From Ranitomeya imitator (lineage: Eukaryota): DNA of 64,000 nucleotides. The stretch's first letter is position 1, and the number at the start of each line of letters is the position of its first letter. Position numbers and translations under genes: made by a program. The stretch lies in assembly GCF_032444005.1 (NCBI RefSeq), contig NC_091291.1, positions 131,068,001 through 131,132,000 on the forward strand, given 5' to 3'. The notes below the pieces were generated by a model. It saw only the letters and a list, made by a program, of their open reading frames with translations, had not been told where the DNA came from and searched no databases. Positions 50,000-62,832 of the stretch are shown here, one piece after another.

Positions 50000-51944
50000 G
50001 ATTAAGACAAAGGGGCTAGGCAAACGGATGGTCAAGGGCAAATCCAAGGTCCAGCCGCAAAGATCAGAATACTAGAACTCAAAGCACAGAGACAAACGCC
50101 CACCACTAGAGCAAAGCTACAACCGGCAGAGATAAGAGGCAGACAGTCAGCTAAATAGCCCGCAATCCGCAGGCAAATACGCAACTTGTGCACATATCCT
50201 TACATTGCTGCGAGAGGACTGAACACACATTGTAAGTATTTGCTTCAGTTTCTTTAAAATAAGAAAATGTGTATGTAACATATTGAAATGTGGATGAGAA
50301 TGTGATGTTCTTCTTCTTTTATTGTTAATAAAAACCTATTGAAATCAAAAAAGTATTTGCTTCAGACATTTCTTCACCAAAAAAAAAAAAAACACGTCTC
50401 TTGGCAAAAAAAAAAGCTGCATACAATATGCTCGTTTTTGCTGCATTTTGTGAGTGTTTTTTTTAAATTCTTTTCCCCCTCCCTCATTCATTTGAATAGG
50501 TGAAAAAAGCTGCAAAAGCGCTTAAAGGATACGTGCACACATTAACTATTTGCAGTACACATTTCTTCACCAAAATTGTGTCTCTTTGCAGGAACAAACA
50601 CGTTTGTTTGTTTTTTGGATGCTTTTTTTCCCCCCCCCGGTTCATTTGAAGGGGTGAAAAACAAAGCAGTTTCAAATCTGCAAGGAAAAAAATAAGCAGA
50701 GTGTGCACGAGGTTTCATAAAACTCATTAACATTGCTGCTGCTTAGATTTATCACCCACTCCTGGTTTTGGCTTACAAATACTGATGTAAAATACTGACC
50801 ACATACTGCTAGTGTGATGGCAGCCTTATAGTCACTTAGATCACTCCTTCCATTGATTTCTATGCACAGATATTCCGAGAAGATGCTTATTGCGTGACTC
50901 CGAGCGCCTTTGTTTTCAGGGAATCCTTGTCATTAATGATGTCACGAGAATCCCCAGCAACCAAATGCAGAAGCCGCAGCTTCTAGGGGGCTCAGATCTC
51001 AATATGACGTCTTTAGTGACATGGAACTGACGGATCCAGGGTCAGCCTGCCAGTGTTCCAGGCTATCCTGCAGATGGTGCTGTGCGCAATGCCATCTGCA
51101 GGACTAGGCGGATGGCACAGGAAGCGTGCCATTAAGCCCCATTAGATCTGCATTGTTTGCATTTTCTTGAAAAATAATATTCCATTTTATCCGATTTGTT
51201 TGGAAAAAAAAATGTTACACTGAGACTCAAAAGAAAGATAACAAATTTCGATTGCTTGTAAAGCCTGTAGAATCCACAAATCCTGATGGATAAGAAGTAG
51301 AAGGAAGATCCAATAATGGTAAACGAATCAGAACTAACGCACCATTACAAAAAAAAAAACAAACAAAAGACTATGAAGATTTTGGTCTAATATGACGTCT
51401 GATGGGTCCCGGTGCAAAATCAGGACCTGGGCCCCAGCTGCGTGTTGGTCAGATGTACGGGACGTTGTCAGCTGCAGAACACCGTGTAAAACCGGAGAAA
51501 GGTGGAGATAAATCCACGCTGCCAATAGTATAAGAGATCGTGGAGATGGAACGGCGGTTTTTATTTATTAATGCGTTTCGAAGCACACCTGCCTCTTCCT
51601 CAGGACAAAACACAGCAATAAAAGTAAAAAAACAAACAGATCTAAAATCACCCTGTCTGCCCTAAACGTCCCTATACAGGTTCTGCGCCTATCGCTGAGC
51701 AAGAACATAATCCCTGCCTGACACTAGCGATAGGTCGTGGTTAGGGAGTCAGTCCCCACTACGACTAAAAATAGAGAGGGTAGATGAACGAGGGGAACAC
51801 TTAGCTTGAGAAGACCACCGAGATGGAACACCAGCAATTCTCCTAGAGTCTTCTGAAAAGTCACTAACCGCCTTTGAAAAGACTGAATGAAAAACTTGGC
51901 TGAATTAAGACGCGTATATTATACATTATATATAGTCACAACTA

Positions 51945-52620
51945 CAGTGGGTATAAGCAGTCTACATGCCCCTGTTTAAATACCAGGTTACTGTTTTGTA
52001 AAAGAAAATCATAGCAAGAAGAATAATTTTAGATGGTTTTCAACCTTTAATGTCTCCCATAATCTGTACAATTTAATTAAAAAATTGGGTGAAAAAAACA
52101 CAAAACAGTAATGTTTTTTTGTGTATAAATTTGCACACCCTTACAGTAATACTTAGAATTTCTAGCAGCATTCAGTCGGGTTGGAGTCTATCAGTGTATC
52201 TACACTTTGGCCATCCTTGTCAGCTCCACATCTGTCAGGCTGCTGGGGCCTCTCCTGCGTACAGCGCCCTCATCAGGTCACCCTCAGCTTGTCACTTGGA
52301 TTCAGGTCTAGGACTTTCTAATATTTTGATTTTCTTCTGGTGAAGCTGGTCGCTTAGGGTCACTGTCGTCTTGAAAGGTGAAAAACTGACTAATATTTGG
52401 GAATTTGGTACTCTTTATAATTCCTTTCAGCTTGACTAAAGCCCCAGGTGCCGTAAAACAGCCCCAAAGCACACTATTGCCTCCACTATGCCTCACTGTG
52501 GGGATGGTGCTCTTTTCATGATGTGCAGTGTTGGCTTTATGGCTTGTGGAAGTATGACCAAAAAGTTCCCCCTTGGTCTCATGAGTCCACATCATGTTCA
52601 CACCATGCTTTCGGCACACG
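51945..52620 (-). mobile_element. Degenerate Tc1 remnant
   Basis: TA|CAGTGG terminus at 51945; ORF 52308..52619 has TIPTVRHSGGNSVLWGCF and FQDDSDPKR, decayed versions of the Tc1 catalytic motifs. Right boundary uncertain. Confidence 0.7.
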
Positions 52621-52839
52621 TGCTGGAGTGTTGTTTACTGTTATTTTCCCCTCAAAATTATGTCAGCTGGCTTCTCAGTGGATTTGAGCAGCTGCTGGGG
52701 GACAGTGACGGTGGAAAAGGATTTATATACACGACAATAACCTGGTGTTTACCAGGGGTGCGCAGACTTTTACATTCACTAGATAGTGACACTCCCGCCC
52801 CCGGTGCTCTCCTCAGCAGCACTGAGTGAGTGAGGTGAC

Positions 52840-53292
<453 letters not shown>

Positions 53293-53319
53293 TGAGGAAA
53301 GATGACAACCTGTGAGGAG

Positions 53320-54835
53320 ACCCAGCCCGCGAGGAGCCCCCGAGCCCCAGCCCGCGAGGAGCCCCCCGAGCCCCAGCCCGCGAGGAGCCCCCCGAACCCC
53401 AGCCCGCGAGGAGCCCCCCCGAGCCCCAGCCCGCGAGGAGCCCCCCGAGCCCCAGCCCGCGAGGAGCCCCCCGAACCCCGGCCCGCGAGGAGCCCCCCGA
53501 ACCCCAGCCCGCGAGGAGCCCCCCGAACCCCAGCCCGCGAGGAGCCCCCCGAACCCCGGCCCGCGAGGAGCCCCCCCGAGCCCCAGCCCGCGAGGAGCCC
53601 CCCCGAGCCCCAGCCCGCGAGGAGCCCCCCCGAGCCCCAGCCCGCGAGGAGCCCCCCGAACCCCGGCCCGCGAGGAGCCCCCCCGAGCCCCAGCCCGCGA
53701 GGAGCCCCCCCCCGAACTCCAGCCCGCGAGGAGCCCCCGAGCCCCAGCCCGCGAGGAGCCCCCCGAGCCCCAGCCCGCGAGGAGCCCCCCGAGCCCCAGC
53801 CCGCGAGGAGCCCCCCGAACCCCAGCCCGCGAGGAGCCCCCCCGAGCCCCAGCCCGCGAGGAGCCCCCCGAGCCCCAGCCCGCGAGGAGCCCCCCGAACC
53901 CCGGCCCGCGAGGAGCCCCCCGAACCCCAGCCCGCGAGGAGCCCCCCGAACCCCAGCCCGCGAGGAGCCCCCCCGAGCCCCAGCCCGCGAGGAGCCCCCC
54001 CCGAACTCCAGCCCGCGAGGAGCCCCCGAGCCCCAGCCCGCGAGGAGCCCCCGAGCCCCAGCCCGCGAGGAGCCCCCCGAGCCCCAGCCCGCGAGGAGCC
54101 CCCCGAGCCCCGGCCCGCGAGGAGCCCCCCGAGCCCCGGCCCGCGAGGAGCCCCCCGAGCCCCGGCCCGCGAGGAGCCCCCGAGCCCCGGCCCGCGAGGA
54201 GCCCCCCGAACCCCAGCCCGCGAGGAGCCCCCCGAACCCCAGCCCGCGAGGAGCCCCCCCGAGCCCCGGCCCGCGAGGAGCCCCCCGAACCCCGGCCCGC
54301 GAGGAGCCCCCCGAACCCCAGCCCGCGAGGAGCCCCCCCGAGCCCCAGCCCGCGAGGAGCCCCCCCCCCGAACTCCAGCCCGCGAGGAGCCCCCGAGCCC
54401 CAGCCCGCGAGGAGCCCCCGAGCCCCGGCCCGCGAGGAGCCCCCGGCCCGCGAGGAGCCCCCGGCCCGCGAGGAGCCCCCGGCCCGCGAGGAGCCCCCGG
54501 CCCGCGAGGAGCCCCCGGCCCGCGAGGAGCCCCCGAGCCCGCGAGGAGCCCCCGGCCCGCGAGGAGCCCCCGAGCCCCGGCCCGCGAGGAGCCCCCGCCC
54601 GCGAGGAGCCCCCCCGAGCCCCGGACCGCGAGGAGCCCCCCAGCCCGCGAGGAGCCCCCCCGAGCCCCAGCCCGCGAGGAGCCCCCCCCCCGAGCCCCAG
54701 CCCGCGAGGAGCCCCCCCCCCCGAGCCCCAGCCCGCGAGGAGCCCCCCCCCCGAGCCCCAGCCCGCAAGGAGCCCCCCCCCCGAGCCCCAGCCCGCGAGG
54801 AGCCCCCCCGAGCCCCAGCCCGCGAGGAGCCCCCC
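53320..54835. repeat. GC-rich minisatellite, about 25-27-bp unit (GAGCCCCAGCCCGCGAGGAGCCCCC)
   Basis: Tandem units with variable C-runs; source of the Pro/Arg and Gly-rich pseudo-ORFs. Confidence 0.96.
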
Positions 54836-54987
54836 ATGAGCAAAGTTATGTGAGGAGTCCTGACAGTTCGCCTGTTATCACCGCCTGGTGGTGCCACCTC
54901 ATCTACGTTGTCACCTGCATGCTGGCCTTGTGTTATCCATGTCATCGCCCCACCTGGGGCCCCACATCTTCTGCCTTGTGACCCTTA

Positions 54988-55271
54988 GGCTAGGTTCACT
55001 TTGCGTTAGTGGGTGTCCGCTGACGGAATCCGTTACATAGCGCAACTAACGCTATGTAACGCATCCCTAACGCATGCGTTAGCGATGTTCCGTTTTTTTC
55101 TGACGGCCCTCGAACGCTGCTTGCAGCGTTTTTGGGTCCGTTCTCGCTAGCGCAGATCGGGCTTCTGCACTAGCGCGATCGCTAAATGCGATCCCTTTTT
55201 AGACATTGCGTTAACGCAGTCCGTTAGCGTATGCGCTAAACGGACTGCACTAACGCAATGTGAACCTAGCC
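54988..55271. mobile_element. PIF/Harbinger-type MITE
   Basis: TIR GGCTAGGTTCAC / GTGAACCTAGCC; TTA duplicated on both sides. Confidence 0.85.
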
Positions 55272-55330
55272 TTAGCTCTCATATGAGCTGCAATGATTGG
55301 CCCGATGGTCTGACAATAGGGCTGATGCTC

Positions 55331-56566
55331 TGTCGGATCGCGTGCGGCCCATCCCCCGTGTCGGATCGCGCGCGGCCCGTCCCCCGTGTCGGATCGCGCG
55401 CGGCCCGTCCCCCGTGTCGGATCGCGCGCGGCCCGTCCCCCGTGTCGGATCGCGCGCGGCCCGTCCCCCGTGTCGGATCGCGCGCGGCCCGTCCCCCGTG
55501 TCGGATCGCGCGCGACCCGTCCCCCGTGTCGGATCGCGCGCGGCCCGTCCCCCGTGTCGGATCGCGCGCGGCCCGTCCCCCGTGTCGGATCGCGCGCGGC
55601 CCGTCCCCCGTGTCGGATCGCGCGCGGCCCGTCCCCCGTGTCGGATCGCGCGCGGCCCGTCCCCCGTGTCGGATCGCGCGCGGCCCGTCCCCCGTGTCGG
55701 ATCGCGCGCGGCCCGTCCCCCGTGTCGGATCGCGCGCGGCCCGTCCCCCGTGTCGGATCGCGCGCGGCCCGTCCCCCGTGTCGGATCGCGCGCGGCCCGT
55801 CCCCCGTGTCGGATCGCGCGCGGCCCGTCCCCCGTGTCGGATCGCGCGCGGCCCGTCCCCCGTGTCGGATCGCGCGCGGCCCGTCCCCCGTGTCGGATCG
55901 CGCGCGGCCCGTCCCCCGTGTCGGATCGCGCGCGGCCCGTCCCCCGTGTCGGATCGCGCGCGGCCCGTCCCCCGTGTCGGATCGCGCGCGGCCCGTCCCC
56001 CGTGTCGGATCGCGCGCGGCCCGTCCCCCGTGTCGGATCGCGCGCGGCCCGTCCCCCGTGTCGGATCGCGCGCGGCCCGTCCCCCGTGTCGGATCGCGCG
56101 CGGCCCGTCCCCCGTGTCGGATCGCGCGCGGCCCGTCCCCCGTGTCGGATCGCGCGCGGCCCGTCCCCCGTGTCGGATCGCGCGCGGCCCGTCCCCCGTG
56201 TCGGATCGCGCGCGGCCCGTCCCCCGTGTCGGATCGCGCGCGGCCCGTCCCCCGTGTCGGATCGCGCGCGGCCCGTCCCCCGTGTCGGATCGCGCGCGGC
56301 CCGTCCCCCGTGTCGGATCGCGCGCGGCCCGTCCCCCGTGTCGGATCGCGCGCGGCCCGTCCCCCGTGTCGGATCGCGCGCGGCCCGTCCCCCGTGTCGG
56401 ATCGCGCGCGGCCCGTCCCCCGTGTCGGATCGCGCGCGGCCCGTCCCCCGTGTCGGATCGCGCGCGGCCCGTCCCCCGTGTCGGATCGCGCGCGGCCCGT
56501 CCCCCGTGTCGGATCGCGCGCGGCCCGTCCCCCGTGTCGGATCGCGCGCGGCCCGTCCCCCGTGTC
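55331..56566. repeat. Highly homogeneous 28-bp minisatellite (ATCGCGCGCGGCCCGTCCCCCGTGTCGG), about 44 copies
   Basis: Direct inspection; ORF translations repeat every 28 aa. Confidence 0.98.
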
Positions 56567-58269
56567 ATACTTTTTCGCTGGGTTTTATCTGTGATCATCC
56601 CCTTCTTTACAGGAGTGGTCGGACACCATGTTCTTGATAAGGGTGACCCCGCTGCTCAGGAGGAGGCGCCAGTAGTCTGGGCACCGCTGATAAGTGAGAG
56701 TTGACGATACTCTGGATTCTGAGATCCTTGCTCTTCTGTCTTGGAGAGGAGGGCACACTTGGCATATGTTGGCAGTGATGCCTCACATGTCTGGTGAGAC
56801 GCTGCTCTATGGCTGTACAGATCTTTATGCCGGTGCCGTTTACCGCAGATACTATTCCCTTTGGGCATCGCGTGTTCTGGTGTATTGTAGGCTTTCTGAT
56901 ATTCCAACTCCCCAAGCGTTACGGATCCAGTACAACATGGGATGAATTTGGGCCCTTTGTGGAGCATTTTGGTGACTTTTTTGTGAGGTTCTCCAGTTAC
57001 GAATGGATGAGATTAGAGAGTTTCTATTTGGAGGAGCCGTTCTCATTAATTTATTGCTGCTTCGTTCCTCAAGTGTGTGCAATTGTTCCTCTCTCTTTTC
57101 ACATGTAAATGCCCAATTCTGCATCATGTCTCATCTGTTCCAGATATAGGACCCGATAATCGCTGGTAGCGTCAGTGTTGCCTAATGAGGGATCCCTGGG
57201 CTCCTCGCTCAGAAGACTCTAGCATCCAGGAGGGTTTTTAAGCAAAATGGTTTGCAGCTTGCCGAGTCCTGTGTCCATGTTGGTACTCTAATAGCTGGAC
57301 CAGGAGCATGCAAACGTCCTTGGTCGGCACTCGAATGCTTCTTGTGATGCCTAGACTTCATGCCACGTGATGGGACGTAGTAATTTGAAGATTGACCCGG
57401 GGTGCCAACCGAGGATAATCACACTTCCTTGGTCCGTCTGCCAACATGGACTCCGGACCACGGTCCCTGCACATCTTTTTGGTGGACTCTGTCCATCGCT
57501 AGACATGCTTTTTAACATACAACCGGCATTCTGTAAGATAAGTCGCCTTACCAATTCCCTGCTGGACTCAGCGCTTCCTCCTCCGGGCATCTGTCACTAG
57601 CGGCTAGCCAGTACCGTGGCCACGACCGTAGGAGACTGTGATGAATTTACCTTTAAGTATAAAAAAAAATAAAGGCTCAAACAAAAACGAAAAATGGGAA
57701 ATATGTTTTGCACCAAGGTTCTGCCGTATGGACGTCCTTTTTCTTTTACTGGAACATGGCAGTAATGTTTAGTTTTGTCCTGTATGCAACTTTTTTTTTA
57801 GGAAGCATCAATTGTCTCTTTTGCTTCCTGGCATCCGCTAACACAGGTATATATGACTGTGCTGCAACATTTTTTTCTTTCCCGCACCCATAGACTTGAA
57901 AGAAACTAGTGCAGGCGCCAATTTTTTTTTTCCGCTCGCATTCGGTCCGTGAAAAAAAAAAAAATCGCTCATCTGCATTGCCTCATTGAATAACATTGGT
58001 CAGAGTGCGATCCTTTTTTTTTGGTCAGGAAGGAAACAAGATGATCAACTATCTTTATCATCAGTCGGCGCTTGTCACGGGTCATATCCACATCCCTGGT
58101 CCAATGTTCATTTTCCTTCCATCGCTACGAATGGCGGCGCTTGTCAGTAGTGTCAGCGTAATGCCAAAACTACATTTCCCTGCATGCGTCGCACAGTTCT
58201 GTGATGCGTTTACAAACGGCGTATTTTTGATGATTCCACCGGAGGCACAACCGCTTTTAGAAATCTTAA

Positions 58270-58691
58270 AGGGAATCTGTCAGTAGGTTTTCACTATGTA
58301 ATCCGAGAGCAGCATGATGTATGGGCCGAGGGCCTGATTACAGCAATGTGTGCCTTACTATGCTGTGTTTTGCTGTTTCCATACAATCAGTTTTTTTTAT
58401 CAGCAGATTATCACTATAGGACTAGGTGTCTGGTGCCTCCTGGTCCAACAAAGTCCTCACCACTGATTGGCAGCTTTCTGTCTATGCACAGCGTACACAG
58501 AAAACTGCCAATGAGTAGTGTGGGCGGGGTTATACAGGGCTCAGCATTTTGAGCTCTGCCAGATCCCCGGCAGAGAAAATGAGGATTGTGTGACAATGAC
58601 AGCAATTTACGCTTTTCCTGGAATTAGGGTCTCTGCTCCTACATCATGCTGCTCTCAGATTCCATAGTAAAGCCTGCAGACAGATTTTTCT
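58270..58691. mobile_element. Probable T2/Kolobok-like MITE (TTAA target)
   Basis: TTAA|AGGGAATCTGTCAG...ACTATGTAATCCGAGAGCAGCATGATGTA and an imperfect inverted copy ending near 58691. Confidence 0.55.
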
Positions 58692-59196
58692 TCAATGAGT
58701 TACATGTGAAAAATGCAGCTCTGATGATATTCAGTTGGCAGATTATCACAGCTGAACGTCGCATAAAACAAAGGCTGAAAATGTGCCGCAAGCACCGAGC
58801 ATTTACTGCAAAACAATCTGCCATAAAAAGACTGCACCGTTCAGTATATGTTCACATGCAGCGTTTTTCCTCTGTGGTCAAAAGCTCCACTCTGTCAGGG
58901 AAAGCACCTTCCCATATTTTAGCATTTTCTCTTCATTTTGCTGCTTTTTATGCCTTTCTCTTTTTGCAGGATTATTTAGGTGCAGATTACATTTGTGCTT
59001 TGTTTCCAGTACATTTTTAGTAAAGTTGTATTCATAAGAAAAAGCACTTGTAAAAAGTTAAAATGCTATGAAAAATGCTGTTGGCTTGTTTTTGCATTGT
59101 TTTTTCCATTCCTCGTTGCATTCTATGGTTGAGAAAAAATGCAGAAACGCTGCAAGCATTGACACACTGCAGATATAAAAATCAACAACGCAGTAA

Positions 59197-59500
59197 GGCT
59201 ACGTTCACATTTGCGTTGTGCGCCGCTGCGTCGGCAACGCATAACGCAAATAAAAACGCACGCTAAAACGCTGCATTTTGCGACGCATGCGTCCTTTTTT
59301 GCCGAAATTTGGACGCAAAAAAAATGCAACTTGCTGCGTTTTCTGCGCCCCATGCTTGCGGCAAAAAAAATGCATGCGTCGCAAAACGCAGCACAACGCA
59401 TGTTTATGCGCCCCCCATGTTAAATATAGGGGTGCATGACGCATGCGTCGCCGCAGCTGCGCCCGACGCAGCACCGCAAAACGCTAATGTGAACGTAGCC
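59197..59500. mobile_element. PIF/Harbinger-type MITE
   Basis: TIR GGCTACGTTCACAT / ATGTGAACGTAGCC; TAA TSD. Confidence 0.88.
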
Positions 59501-59504
59501 TAAC

Positions 59505-60500
59505 ACTGCAAGAATTGACGTGCTGCTGATATGAAAAACATTGATGTACTGCGGATATTAAAAAAAAAAAACCTACAAGAATTGACGTGCTGCAGAAAAA
59601 TAGCTGCAGAAATAGTGCAGGAATCGACGTGCTGCAGATATTAAAAAAACGCTGCAGAAAAAGTGCGGGAATTGACATGCTGTAGATATAAAATACTCTG
59701 CAGAAACAGTGCAGGAATTGACGTGCTGTAGATATAAAAAACGCTGCAGGAATTGACGTGCTGTAGATATAAAAAACGCTGCAGAAACAGTGCAGGAACT
59801 GACGTGCTGTAGATATAAAAAACGCTGCAGAAACAGTGCAGGAACTGACGTGCTGTAGATATAAAAAACGCTGCAGAAACAGTGCAGGAATTGACGTGCT
59901 GTAGATATAAAAAAATGCTGCAGAAAGAGTGCAGGAATTGACGTGCTGTAGATCTAAAAAAATGCTGCAGAAAGAGTGCAGGAATTGACGTGCTGTAGAT
60001 ATAAAAAAAACGCAGAAACAGTGCAGGAATTGACATGCTGTAGATATTAAAAAAAACGCTGCAGAAAGAGTGCAGGAATTGACGTGCTGTAGATATAAAA
60101 AACGCAGAAACAGTGCAGGAATTAACATGCTGTAGATATTAAAAAAAACGCTGCAGAAACAGTGCAGGAATTGACGTGCTGTAGATATAAAAAAAACGCA
60201 GAAACAGTGCAGGAATTGACGTGCTGTAGATATAAAATACTCTGCAGAAACAGTGCAGGAATTGACGTGCTGTAGATATAGAAAACGCTGCAGAAACAGT
60301 GCAGGAATTGACGTGCTGTAGATATAAAAAACTCTGCAGAAACAGTGCAGGAATTGACGTGCTGTAGATATAGAAAACGCTGCAGAAACAGTGCAGGAAT
60401 TGACGTGCTGTAGATATAGAAAACGCTGCAGAAACAGTGCACGAATTGACGTGCTGCAGATATAAAAAAAAAAGCTGCAAGAATGAACGTGTTGCAGATA
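59505..60500. repeat. Minisatellite, about 46-bp unit (GCTGCAGAAACAGTGCAGGAATTGACGTGCTGTAGATATAAAAAAC)
   Basis: About 20 tandem units with indel variants. Confidence 0.93.
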
Positions 60501-61773
60501 CAAATTTTTTTTTTTGCCTTTGGTACTTTTTATCTACCCCCCTCCCCTATTAGATTCGCATGGACACAACCATTAAGTTTGATCCCAGGAAAACCTTTTT
60601 ATTTTCTGCCTGTGTTTTCACCACTGAGACCAGGAGCTTTTCCTACCACCTGTTCTGTCCGTTCCTTCTGTCCTGCCTGGTTTCTAGGATAACGTTCAGA
60701 TCTTCTGCTTTTTAGGCAGCTGGAGACATAGATCCAGTAGCTCCATGATCAGGTTGCAGGATGGGATCCTGACCTGTATATTTGTCATCTGATTCCTTCC
60801 TAAATATTTACAAGTAGTAAACACCGTACCTCCAGCAGTGTTCTGTCCTGGAGCTTCTAGCGCTCGGCGGCGCTGATGAGGTGCCATGTAGAGTCTTTCT
60901 TCTCAGCTTGAATAGCTTTTTTGGCTTGGAGCTGGACTTGTGGTTAACGTTCTTGCATTATGTCCTCAGGTTTCCAATGCCCTGGTCTTACAGGAGGGAT
61001 TTAAGTAAAGTTACAGTATAGCAATGAAAATGGATGACAAACAATGACATTTGTTTTTTTACGGCCTTTTTTCTTCTTCATATATTCCCCACTTATTTTC
61101 CGGAGAACAATTAATCCTTTGCGAGCGGAATTTTTGGGAACTAAATGGAAAACAGTCTATTCCTAAGAGGAAGTGTCACTCAGCGAGCATTTTGAAGAAG
61201 CAAAAGCCGCCCTGGTTTAGATGTTATGTGCGGAAATCGGGCTTTAATTTTATTTCACTTTAGTCGATGTGAACTAGTTAGAATTTTAGACAGGTTGCAC
61301 GGATGCTTCAGATACTTGTTAACTCGGGGCATCCATTTGGCGTACAATGTCACGTACTGCATTGTTTTACTGCACAGTGTAACCACAACGGTATCAAATG
61401 TGCAACTATTGAATCTAGAGACCCCAACACTTGTTAGAGGGGTTATCCGTGCATCTAATATTGCACGGCAATCCTTTTGAGAAGGTCATCAGATCAGTGG
61501 GGGTGCTATTGTCTTGAATGGGAGCTGATGTGCGGTTCTCGCCAGCGGCCGCTACACATGTCTGCTATAGCTGATTGGTGGGGTGTCAGGGGTCCACCAA
61601 TCTGATATTGATGACCGATTCTAAGGACTTCACCTTATTATCAGTCCGAGTGAGATCCGACAACTTCGGTGTGCACTCACACAAATGTTATTCTATGGGG
61701 CTGTGCACAAGTCCGATTTATTTTTCTTTTCCTCGGACTGTGTCTGTCGAATGAAAAAATCACAGCTTTCTTA

Positions 61774-62092
61774 TGCAACGTTCACATTAGCGTTTCCCGA
61801 CGCTGCGTCGGGAAACGCTGCGGCAACGCATGCGTCATGCGCCCCTATATTTAACATGGGGGGCGCATGGACATGCGTTTTGCTGCGTTGTGCGACGCAT
61901 GCGTTTTTTTTGCCGCAAGCGTCGGGCGCGGAAAATGCAACAAGTTGCATTTTTCTTGCGTCCAAATTTCGGCAAAAAAGGACGCATGCGTCGCAAAACG
62001 CAGCGTTTTTGCGTGCGTTTTGGTGCGTTTTTATTTGCGTTGTGCGTTGCGTCGCCGACGCAGCGGCGCACAACGCAAATCTGAACGTAGCC
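61774..62092. mobile_element. PIF/Harbinger-type MITE (same family as 11758 and 59197)
   Basis: TTA flanks; left TIR mutated (TGCAACGTTCAC), right GAACGTAGCC; internal sequence matches the other copies. Confidence 0.8.
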
Positions 62093-62160
62093 TTAATTTT
62101 TTGTCCAATATTTGGATCGCACTCAACCATGGTAGTCAATGAGTACATGAGAAACATCGG

Positions 62161-62832
62161 ACCTGACCTCCCTCCTGACCTCCCTCCTGACCGCCCTCCT
62201 GACCTCCCTCCGGACCAGCCTCCTGACCTCCCTCCTGACCTCCCTCCTGACCTCCCTCCGGGCCTCCCTCCTGACCGCCCTCCTGACCTCCCTCCGGACC
62301 AGCCTCCGGACCTCCCTCCGGACCTCCCTCCGGACCTCCCTCCGGACCTCCCTCCGGACCTCCCTCCTGACCTCCCTCCTGACCTCCCTCCTGACCTCCC
62401 TCCTGACCTCCCTCCTGACCTCCCTCCTGACCTCCCTCCTGACCTCCCTCCTGACCGCCCTCCTGACCTCCCTCCGGACCAGCCTCCTGACCTCCCTCCG
62501 GACCTCCCTCCGGGCCTCCCTCCTGACCTCCCTCCTGACCTCCCTCCGGACCTCCCTCCTGACCTCCCTCCTGACCTCCCTCCTGACCTCCCTCCTGACC
62601 TCCCTCCTGACCGCCCTCCTGACCTCCCTCCGGACCAGCCTCCTGACCTCCCTCCGGACCTCCGACCTCCCTCCGGGCCTCCCTCCTGACCTCCCTCCGG
62701 GCCTCCCTCCTGACCGCCCTCCTGACCTCCCTCCGGACCAGCCTCCGGACCTCCCTCCGGACCTCCCTCCGGACCTCCCTCCTGACCTCCCTCCTGACCT
62801 CCCTCCTGACCCTCCCTCCTGACCCTCCCTTC
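62161..62832. repeat. 12-bp minisatellite (CCTGACCTCCCT)n
   Basis: Direct inspection; yields the PDLP and GGRS pseudo-ORFs. Confidence 0.96.

Noticed and set aside
56570-57640. Coding-like stretch with several short ORFs, possibly an old transposase or retroelement fragment
   Set aside because: No motif I could identify with confidence; needs blastx or HMM search.
59484-60503. 339-aa Cys/Phe-rich ORF resembling a membrane protein
   Set aside because: Translation of the 46-bp minisatellite.
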